In this document: positions 57,801-64,000 of the stretch, piece after piece | Numbering within the stretch: the stretch's first letter is position 1 | Layout: each line of letters opens with the position of its first letter | DNA from: Thermoplasmatota archaeon | GTDB lineage: Archaea > Thermoplasmatota > E2 > JACPAO01 > JAHFTW01 | NCBI GenBank assembly: GCA_049602735.1 | Contig: JBMYRW010000002.1 | Span: forward strand, 3,760-67,759 | Reading direction: 5' to 3' | DNA: 64,000 bases | Translations under genes and position numbers: made by a program | Notes under the pieces: generated by a model | What the model was told of the DNA's origin: nothing | Database searches by the model: none | The model's input: only the letters and a program-made list of their open reading frames with translations

Positions 57801-60800
57801 GGGCTGGGCGGCCTGATCAGCGGCCTCGCGGGCGGCCTGGGCGGCATCGCCCTGGAGTTGGCCCTCGACGGCCCCCTCTGCTGGAGCTTCGGTAAGGACG
57901 GCAACAAGCTGGAGATGTGTGTCAGCAACGTCCCGGACCGCCTCGAGATCGACCTGAACCTGGTGCCCAACCCGTCGCTGACCTACAGCGCCAGCGAAGA
58001 GATCGACGAGATCACCATCAACCTGCAGGCGCCCCAGGTGGACATCCTGTTCTTCGTGCACGGCCTCCCCGAGACCGTCACGATGGAGTTCACGCGCGCC
58101 GGCATGGACCTCATCATGAGCGACCGCATCGACGCCATCGGCATGATCGCGGAGCTCGCCGACACGACGATTACCGCCATCGCCGAATCGATCCCCTCCG
58201 AGCTCCACTTCGGTTGGGACAACGGCGGCATGGACCCCGGCATCCCCGCCGGTGACGCCATCGGCCGCGTCTACGCCGCTGTGAGCCGCCCCGGCTTCAG
58301 CTTCTTCGTGGACATCGAGCACCTGCCCCCTGTCCAGTTCGCTTGGAGTGACGGCAGCCTCGACCTGGACATGAGCGGCGACAAGATCGGCTCCATCGAG
58401 ATGCAGCTGCTGCTCAACCCCGCCGGCAACCCCGCCGGACGCCTGCAGCTGCTCGCCTTGGCAGAGGAGATCCCCGGCGTCCACGCCAACTGGGACCCCT
58501 TGGGCGGCGAGTTCGGCACCGACGGCAGCCTCGGCGGCATCACGCTCAAGATCGTGCTCGGCCCCACGGCAGCGCCCTCGTTGACCATGATCTTCGAGAT
58601 CCTCGATGTGCCCCAGATCGATGGGGCCTCCTGGGAGGACGGCCGTTTCGACCTGCCCCTGGTGGGTGGTCGCATCGGCAGCGTCACCTTCCAGTTCATC
58701 GCCGGAGACATGGACCTGTTCCTGCAGGCGCTCGGTGTGCCTGGCCTCTCGGCCCAATGGGACGACGCAGGCGGTTCCTTGTCTTCGGACGGGCCTCTTG
58801 ACAAGATCACGGCGTACTTTGCCAAGGGCACCAGCGCCCCGAGTATGAGCATCTTCTTCGAGATCGAGGACGTGCCTCAGCTCAACGGCATCACCTGGGG
58901 CGACGGCATCGACATGGACTTCTCGGGCGGTCGCATCGGTCGTATCGCGTTCCAGTTCGTCAGTGACCAGCTCTTCGACTCGGATGACATCGTGTTCTTC
59001 CTGGAAGCGTTGGGTCTGCCCGGGTTCAACATCGACATGAATGCCAAGACGGTGAGCACGACGGGCGTCCTGGACAGTCTGCTCATCTTCCTGCGCCGCG
59101 GTCCTGCACTTGATCCGACCCTGTTCGCCAGCCTGGAACTGGAGGGCGTGCCGGCCATCAACGCGGGCGCGTGGGACGAAGGCCTTGGCCTCGGGTTCAG
59201 CCCCGTCGATGCCCGCATCGACCGCATCAACTTCCTGTTCCTGAGCAACCCCGCCGGCACCGCCAGCGACCTCCTGTTGGACGTCACGGCGCTCGGTCTT
59301 CCTGGTATCTCTTTGGACACGACGACCGGCACGATCAGCACGACCAACGTGCTGGACCTGATCTCCCTGGACTTCCGCCTCGGCGACCTGCTGGACCCCA
59401 CGCTCCTGATGCTCTTCGAGCTGGAGGGCGTGCCCAAGATCGTGGCGGGTCTGTACGGCGAGGACGAGTTCAGTCTTGGCTTCTCGCCGGCCTCGGACAC
59501 CATCGACCGCCTGGAGCTCCTGTTCCAGGTGCGCACGCCGTCCACGCCCATCGAGAACGAACTGCAGATCCACCTGCTGGCCCACGGCCTGCCCGGCATC
59601 GTGCTCGGCTTCGAGGACCGCGCCGGCACCATCGGCACCAGCGCCACGTTGGACGACCTGCTGCTGCACTTCCACTTTGGTCCCCGCGGCACGCCGCTCA
59701 TCGAGACCAACCTGCTGCTGGACACGGTGCCTCAGATCACCGCCGGCGGTTGGACCGATGGCAGCTTCGACCTCGACCTGGCCGGCCGCATCGACCAGAT
59801 CCTCCTGGAGTTCATCCTGAACCCTGACGGCCTGGACGCGGTGCCCACGGATGCCAACGACCTGTACCTGATCCTCAACGCCGAAGGCGTGCCCGGCATC
59901 GACGTCGGCTTCGTCAACGGCGGCGGCACGATCGGCACCGACGACACCCTGGACCTCATCGACCTGCGGGCCATCCTTGGCCCCCGCAGCGGCCTCACGC
60001 TCACCGGCGAAGGCCTGAGCCTGCAGCTGACCATCGAAGGTGTTCCCGCCGTCACCGGCAGCTGGGACGACGAAGGCTTCGACCTGGGCCTCGCCGGCCG
60101 CATCGATGAGATCCTCCTGGAGTTCATCGTCGACCAGGCTGGCAGCGCCACGGACCTGTTCCTGCGCGCCTTCGCCCAAGGCATCCCCGGCATCGACCTG
60201 GGCTTCACCGACGGCGGCGGCACGATAGGCACCACCGGCACCTTGGACCTCCTGGACGTGCGCGCCATCCTGGGTGCCCGCAGCGGCCTGAACCTGGCCG
60301 GCACCGGCCTGTTCGCACGCCTGACGGCCACCAGCGTCCCCATGATCACCGCCGGTGCCTGGGATGACGCCAGCATGAACCTGGACCTGTCCGGCAAGAT
60401 CGGCGGTCTCACGCTGGAGTTCTTCGTCAACGAGGCGCTCAACGCCAACGACATCTACCTCCTGCTGGACGCCTCCGGCATCCCGACGCTGTCCTTCGCC
60501 AAGAGCGACACGGGCTTCGGTCTGGAGACGCCCGACGGGCTCGATTACGTCTCCCTGATCTTCCGCAAGGGTGTCTTCAACTACGACCCCCACGCGTACG
60601 GCCCCACCTTCGTGGGCGCCTGGATCCGCCCCGACGGTGTCGGCACCTCCTGGCCTGGCAACCCGCAGTTCGCGGTGTCGGCCAAGGTCAGCGGCATCAA
60701 GGAAGTGGTCTGGAGCACCAACGACGCCACGGAATCCCAGTCGCTGGACCTCGAGTTCACCGGCCTGCGGGACATCCGGGCCATCGTCGACCTGGAGACG

Positions 60801-62621
60801 GCGGCGTTCCTCGCCGAAGCCGACCTGAGCCTGACGAACCTGCCCGCAGACGTCTCGCTGGACATCACGCCCGACGTGGTGGGCTTCGCGAGCGCCAACG
60901 GCTGCGTCGGCTTCTCCTGCCTGGCCAAGACCCCTTGGCTACAAGGTAAGGTCAACGTGGGCACCCGTGGCGCCGCCAACGCCATGCCGGAGCCGTTCTG
61001 GCCCTGGCAGACCGTCAGCGAGCCGGGCTCCTTGTGCCCCCGCAACGCCGGCTTCGGGACCTACAACTCGCCCTGTGGCATCATGGGCAACACGTTCATC
61101 GACGTGCAGGACGGCGGCTTCGCGTCCAAGTGGAAGCTCGACCTGCCGCTGCCGGACGCCATCTCGTTCACCAAGAGCGCCGGTGACGGTGTGCCGACGT
61201 ACAGCCTGAACACGGGCTCCGTCAAGGTGGGCAAGCTGGACATCCGTGTCAACACGGAACTGCCCCTGCCCATCTACCCCCACGAGCTCAACCTCATGGC
61301 GGTGGCGACCGTGAGCAACCTGCCCACGAGCCTCTCGGTGGTGCAGGGCATGGGCAACGCGGCCGAAGGTGGCAAGCCGACGATCAACGTCAACACGGGT
61401 CAGCCCATCGACAAGATCTTCGTCGGCCTCCGTCTCGATGGCTCCTGGTACCATGACCCTGGACTCATCACCGTGAGCAACTCCAACATCAACGACAACG
61501 GGTTCCCGATCTGGCTGATGGTGGAGGATGTGCCCACGACGGTGAGCCTGTCCACCGGCAAGTCCAGCTACCAGACGTCCAACTGTCAGAGCTGCAACCC
61601 GCCGGTGCCGTTCATCAACTACAACGCGGCCAGCAACACGCTGGACGCCATGGTGTACACCAACATCGGCGACCTGTGGGGTCTCATCTCCCGCGCGGCC
61701 ATCGACCTCGCCGGCGATGTGATCCCGGACTGGCTCGAGGGCCTGGCCAACTACGACAGCCAGGGCCACCTGCTCATCCAGGCGGTCGACATCCCGTCCG
61801 ACGGCATCGCCCTCTTCAAGTCGGGCAACTCGTTCCACGTGGATGCCAGCCCCATCCTGAACCAGCGCCTCACGAAGTTCTTCGTGGACTTCCAGCTCAA
61901 GTTCAGCGACGGTGACGGCCGGCCCAGCTCCTGCATCATCTGCCTGGGCATCGCCGACCTGAAGTACTACTGGCACTACAGTTGGTGGTTCGGCATCGAG
62001 ACCCTGAGCCTCCTGTTGGAGGACCTGGGCAGCGTCGGCATCGACCCGGGCATCGAGAGCATCGTCAACATTGACGGGCGGTTGGTGTTCCACTTCCGTG
62101 CCGGTGCCGGCTTCGACTTCGGTGCCGGTCTGGAGTTCTACGTGGCCGGCATCCGGTTCTTGTGCGTCTGCATCGAGAGTCCGACGATCAGCTTGATCCT
62201 CGATCCAGGCTTCATCTCGTTCGAGGTGTTGTCCTGGAGTTGTTGTCAGTTCGATTACTTCTGGATCGGTTCACCGTTCCATGGAACAGGCTACTATTGG
62301 GCGCCAAGAGGTCACTTCTGTCTCTGTGACTGGCACTGGTACGCCAAGCTCGGCGGCACCTACCCCGGCAACTGGGGTTTCGACCTGCCCATCGCGATCC
62401 CACCGATCGTTCCGTTCCGCGGTCTGGATATCGCGTACGGAACGCATCACGTGTTCATGAATCCAAGACTGCTGCTCTGTGCGGGCGGTGATTGGCGTGA
62501 ACCAGAAGTGGTCTGCGTCTCCTTGGGACGACTGTACCCGACCGAGTTCATCGTGGTCTACGCGATGCTGCGTTACTTCAGCATCAGCATCTCCACGGGG
62601 AGCGAGCACCACCACCATTAG
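54855..62621 (+). CDS. Giant secreted cell-surface protein (2588 aa): signal peptide, ~1050-aa acidic N-terminal region, at least 8 tandem ~95-aa repeats, and a ~240-aa aromatic/Cys-rich C-terminal module ending in HHHH
   Basis: Uninterrupted ORF with protein-like, acidic composition throughout. Signal peptide LISLVLVLLMVAPASIIGAVSAQEAP. The opposite-strand 1823-aa ORF is antisense-type. A GGAGG Shine-Dalgarno for the next gene overlaps the stop. Confidence 0.9.
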   Translation: MVSMAGTSLPLLARPKTLISLVLVLLMVAPASIIGAVSAQEAPAPVEPTISELPDAEREAFVDLYLDVFVRGVVPLNDTPGVYPDYTGELQQELADEVLEGMRADPTFAPNLDPVNAGPALGFSTPEDPLIDRETGEPVTQDRVDDLYRAFLLGLVFNREVFIDNIQAVAEDTMSPEDAEAPPADPAGTSEQENPIRREFYEEPLKHWGNTDPNATQPPSFEGLGPVLLEQPGIPEGVTYSTNVDVPAALRDLTPAQGPATLPMAMPTDLVQTVEPPQLTDPELLAEPSDLAAALPTSPLGAVPVDAWDDPNFQLRLPPLLEFLRDLANLATHELFELMGILVDDAAIPAKISGNLQQVAPEVYEHILDLDVTAAEFAGKLESLLRPATIVADTNALPEDLEALVASLLERANELQYAGTVNGVDFEGTWGIPEAIDIDSDGLADLLVQLTLSPAVVPIEDGLLEMRPHLIVERTNGVWALDALDDLPALPGAPFPVPMPASTQLAGAPLTGEQLLVAGVATSVPAPLQPFLPSGSAFPYDMTVAFPLADTDAVAVFDAHFPGGADHFEAILEDLGPSVQIATTGSPGAFEFLASILHEGAPGGDTSTLSLAGDQAPELLGAAAAINAAAGTSMLDLTPLLPMDLEVGLLRDGPAGRLALAASSQEMPPTTIVNEGADLAIETVEGANLAIARQDFLSDDTFDHAGLVLGNAAAQIDATLTEAGFDIGLDERGADVHAIAGLVDDGDYEHATWAFIENAGYGIAIDTSAGGLTFDSDSHVDDLRAVRAKTAAAALMGTVSGFKVTDELTAFGMPGAQEASVVPQDGGFDIQSLTDRDVPFLLDIEQTTARGLEAERFSFSNLPGSLAVDVRDGSINVGGNSPIDLVTGQLSRPLDGAGMDPTKGFVVLDDLNGQASVAMDEANVNVQASGDLASGNVLASNVIDGVGDPQFIAIPGNHMLADVVGTARQYSAQVTGMASLGEGLGGLISGLAGGLGGIALELALDGPLCWSFGKDGNKLEMCVSNVPDRLEIDLNLVPNPSLTYSASEEIDEITINLQAPQVDILFFVHGLPETVTMEFTRAGMDLIMSDRIDAIGMIAELADTTITAIAESIPSELHFGWDNGGMDPGIPAGDAIGRVYAAVSRPGFSFFVDIEHLPPVQFAWSDGSLDLDMSGDKIGSIEMQLLLNPAGNPAGRLQLLALAEEIPGVHANWDPLGGEFGTDGSLGGITLKIVLGPTAAPSLTMIFEILDVPQIDGASWEDGRFDLPLVGGRIGSVTFQFIAGDMDLFLQALGVPGLSAQWDDAGGSLSSDGPLDKITAYFAKGTSAPSMSIFFEIEDVPQLNGITWGDGIDMDFSGGRIGRIAFQFVSDQLFDSDDIVFFLEALGLPGFNIDMNAKTVSTTGVLDSLLIFLRRGPALDPTLFASLELEGVPAINAGAWDEGLGLGFSPVDARIDRINFLFLSNPAGTASDLLLDVTALGLPGISLDTTTGTISTTNVLDLISLDFRLGDLLDPTLLMLFELEGVPKIVAGLYGEDEFSLGFSPASDTIDRLELLFQVRTPSTPIENELQIHLLAHGLPGIVLGFEDRAGTIGTSATLDDLLLHFHFGPRGTPLIETNLLLDTVPQITAGGWTDGSFDLDLAGRIDQILLEFILNPDGLDAVPTDANDLYLILNAEGVPGIDVGFVNGGGTIGTDDTLDLIDLRAILGPRSGLTLTGEGLSLQLTIEGVPAVTGSWDDEGFDLGLAGRIDEILLEFIVDQAGSATDLFLRAFAQGIPGIDLGFTDGGGTIGTTGTLDLLDVRAILGARSGLNLAGTGLFARLTATSVPMITAGAWDDASMNLDLSGKIGGLTLEFFVNEALNANDIYLLLDASGIPTLSFAKSDTGFGLETPDGLDYVSLIFRKGVFNYDPHAYGPTFVGAWIRPDGVGTSWPGNPQFAVSAKVSGIKEVVWSTNDATESQSLDLEFTGLRDIRAIVDLETAAFLAEADLSLTNLPADVSLDITPDVVGFASANGCVGFSCLAKTPWLQGKVNVGTRGAANAMPEPFWPWQTVSEPGSLCPRNAGFGTYNSPCGIMGNTFIDVQDGGFASKWKLDLPLPDAISFTKSAGDGVPTYSLNTGSVKVGKLDIRVNTELPLPIYPHELNLMAVATVSNLPTSLSVVQGMGNAAEGGKPTINVNTGQPIDKIFVGLRLDGSWYHDPGLITVSNSNINDNGFPIWLMVEDVPTTVSLSTGKSSYQTSNCQSCNPPVPFINYNAASNTLDAMVYTNIGDLWGLISRAAIDLAGDVIPDWLEGLANYDSQGHLLIQAVDIPSDGIALFKSGNSFHVDASPILNQRLTKFFVDFQLKFSDGDGRPSSCIICLGIADLKYYWHYSWWFGIETLSLLLEDLGSVGIDPGIESIVNIDGRLVFHFRAGAGFDFGAGLEFYVAGIRFLCVCIESPTISLILDPGFISFEVLSWSCCQFDYFWIGSPFHGTGYYWAPRGHFCLCDWHWYAKLGGTYPGNWGFDLPIAIPPIVPFRGLDIAYGTHHVFMNPRLLLCAGGDWREPEVVCVSLGRLYPTEFIVVYAMLRYFSISISTGSEHHHH
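58090..60600 (+). repeat. In-frame coding tandem repeats (period ~280-300 nt, i.e. ~93-100 aa; 8 clear plus ~2 degenerate units) within the giant gene
   Basis: Recurring units of the form 'hLxALG(V/L/I)PG(I/L)..(W)DD.GG.(I/L)..DG.LD.I.L.F..G.........(F/L)E(I/L)(E/D)(G)VP.I.(A)G.W.DG.FDL.L.GRI(D/G).I.(F/L)(Q/E)F'. The (V/L/I)PG anchor recurs near 58735, 59015, 59300, 59590, 59890, 60185 and 60480. Confidence 0.75.
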
Positions 62622-62625
62622 GAGG
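62621..62625 (+). promoter_or_regulatory. Shine-Dalgarno-like GGAGG, 8 nt upstream of the ATG at 62634
   Basis: 'cattaGGAGGaaccaacgATG' read directly from the sequence. Confidence 0.5.
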
Positions 62626-62633
62626 AACCAACG

Positions 62634-64000
62634 ATGACCCACGACAAACTCAACAAGAAGACCCCGCAGACGATCGCCGCCCTCGCCATGGCCTTCGCCC
62701 TGGTGATGGCGCCTGGGCTGGCCAGCGGCGCGCCCCTGGCCGGCGTACCCGGCGTGTTCGAGGTCGGCACGATCGATGCCCCCGGCGAATCAGGTGATTC
62801 AGGGGGGACAAGCAGCGAAACGGGGCCCTTCAACTCGGAGAGCTCGTCCGATTCGACCACGTGCATCATCCCCTGGTTCAGTGGCTGTCTCTTCGAGTTC
62901 ACGGAGCACGAAGAGGAGCAGCACGACCACTACGATTCGGAGTCCACGTACTTCGAGTGGGCGACCAACGACACGCGCAACGGCTACTATGTCAGCGTGC
63001 TCGACGGCGTCTTCTGGACCCGTGTCGCCAGCGGTGACTACGAGCACGAGGAGTCCTCCGGCGCTGACGCCGAGGGCAGCCACTACGACCGGGAGTACTA
63101 CGGCAACAACCTGGGCTTCTCCACGGAGAGCATCGAGGAGAGCGACTACTTCCTGGACAACGACTACGCCAGCTACGAGTCTGTCTCTCAGACGACGGCT
63201 GACGCCGGCTTCGATGCGGGCGCTGCTGGCGCCAGCGTCGGCCTGGACCGCCAACAGAACGGCCAGGAAGGCTCGTCCACGTCTGAGGAGTCCAACAGCT
63301 CCGAGCGCGAGGAGTTCAACCTGTTCGGCATCCCGATCCATGAATCGGGTGCTTCGGAGAGCCACAGCCTGGAGGAGGAGTACCAGCGCTACTGGAACGA
63401 GACGAGCCTCCAGTCGACCATCTTCATCGTCAACCCGGTGGACAACACCACGGTCAACATCGTGGGCCTGAGCCTGTCCAAGGGTGACGAAGAGGAGTCC
63501 GGCAGCTCCCAGGGCAGCGACTCGTCGTCGTCCTACACGGACGTGCTGGGCTTCAACGTCGTCGGCCAGGAAGACGAGTCGGACCACGATTCGTCCTTCT
63601 ACCGCTACAACGAGTGGCTGGACCTGACGGTGGACGTCATCGACGGCACCCTTCAGGGCAGCGTGCTCTACGAGCATGGCAACGAGGAGTCGGAGAGCTT
63701 CGAGCACGAGCGCAGCGTCACGGAAGTGGTCGGCCTGCCGTTTGGCAGCGAATCCACGGAGGACCAGGAATCGAGTTCCTCCTGGCGCCGTGCCACGATC
63801 GCCATCGACGCTGCTGAGGATGCTGGCTCCGTCGTGGTCTCCCATTGGAACGAAGATTCCGAGAGCGAGAGTCAGACGGAGGACGACACGATCGTCATCA
63901 TCCCGATCGGCAGCACGGGCGAGGAGGAATCCGAGCACCACTCCGACGGCTACGGCTTCGGCATCGAGCTGGGCGACGGCGAGGTGCTGTGGCTCACCGG
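62634..64000 (+). CDS. Secreted, extremely acidic Ser/Glu/Asp-rich protein (N-terminal 455 aa only; runs off the right window edge)
   Basis: Manual translation. Signal peptide MTHDKLNKKTPQTIAALAMAFALVMAPGLASGAP, then an S/E/D/Y-rich sequence with no stops to the window end. Not in the ORF track because there is no in-window stop. The listed ORFs 62776..63471(+) and 62799..63941(-) have spurious composition. Confidence 0.8.
   Translation, partial: MTHDKLNKKTPQTIAALAMAFALVMAPGLASGAPLAGVPGVFEVGTIDAPGESGDSGGTSSETGPFNSESSSDSTTCIIPWFSGCLFEFTEHEEEQHDHYDSESTYFEWATNDTRNGYYVSVLDGVFWTRVASGDYEHEESSGADAEGSHYDREYYGNNLGFSTESIEESDYFLDNDYASYESVSQTTADAGFDAGAAGASVGLDRQQNGQEGSSTSEESNSSEREEFNLFGIPIHESGASESHSLEEEYQRYWNETSLQSTIFIVNPVDNTTVNIVGLSLSKGDEEESGSSQGSDSSSSYTDVLGFNVVGQEDESDHDSSFYRYNEWLDLTVDVIDGTLQGSVLYEHGNEESESFEHERSVTEVVGLPFGSESTEDQESSSSWRRATIAIDAAEDAGSVVVSHWNEDSESESQTEDDTIVIIPIGSTGEEESEHHSDGYGFGIELGDGEVLWLT

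Noticed and set aside
55122-60593. 1823-aa ORF antisense to the giant surface-protein gene
   Set aside because: Same antisense compositional signature. The + strand frame carries the signal peptide, the structured tandem repeats and normal composition.
58090-60600. Possibility that the ~290-nt periodic repeats are a CRISPR array or non-coding satellite
   Set aside because: Units are ~290 nt (not 24-48 nt), are imperfect at the nucleotide level but conserved at the protein level, and remain in one open reading frame with no spacers. They are coding tandem domain repeats.

Overview
This is a 64 kb window from a high-GC genome (roughly 66-68% by eye) with a markedly acidic proteome. Several genes mark it as archaeal: tRNA(Ile2) agmatidine synthetase TiaS, aIF5B, FEN-1, and a Dph6-like diphthine-ammonia ligase. 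Most secreted proteins carry Sec-type signal peptides, often with a 'LAGC' lipobox, rather than twin-arginine signals. Spurious long ORFs occur in every frame, so genes were called on amino-acid composition: antisense frames show the S-N-N codon bias (rich in L, A, G, R, D, E, V, P, H, Q), while real proteins have normal composition and recognisable motifs.

I count about 58 protein-coding genes.
- Housekeeping: nrdJ (class II ribonucleotide reductase), fen, ndk, infB/aIF5B, a purD-like gene, nadE, dus, acyP, tiaS, dph6.
- Transport: a livFGMH + livJ branched-chain amino acid ABC transporter, an ABC-2 transporter, MscS, a Ca2+/Na+ antiporter.
- Stress and regulation: a Fur-Dps-rubrerythrin oxidative-stress operon, a sensor histidine kinase, HxlR and winged-helix regulators.
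- A large set of secreted or lipoprotein genes: two LVIVD-repeat lipoproteins, a Zn metalloprotease, a BNR/sialidase-like protein with a PGF-CTERM-like tail, and several Cys-rich secreted proteins.
- Accessory features: a lower-GC restriction-modification island (N6-adenine methyltransferase plus a restriction endonuclease-like gene) next to an AlkZ/YcaQ-like DNA glycosylase; a distinct lower-GC two-gene cassette of unknown function; and a cell-surface locus centred on a 2588-aa secreted protein with at least 8 tandem ~95-aa repeats and an odd aromatic/Cys-rich C-terminal module ending in HHHH.

No rRNA, tRNA or CRISPR array was recognised by eye. The ORF track omits genes truncated at the window edges; I recovered one at each end by hand.
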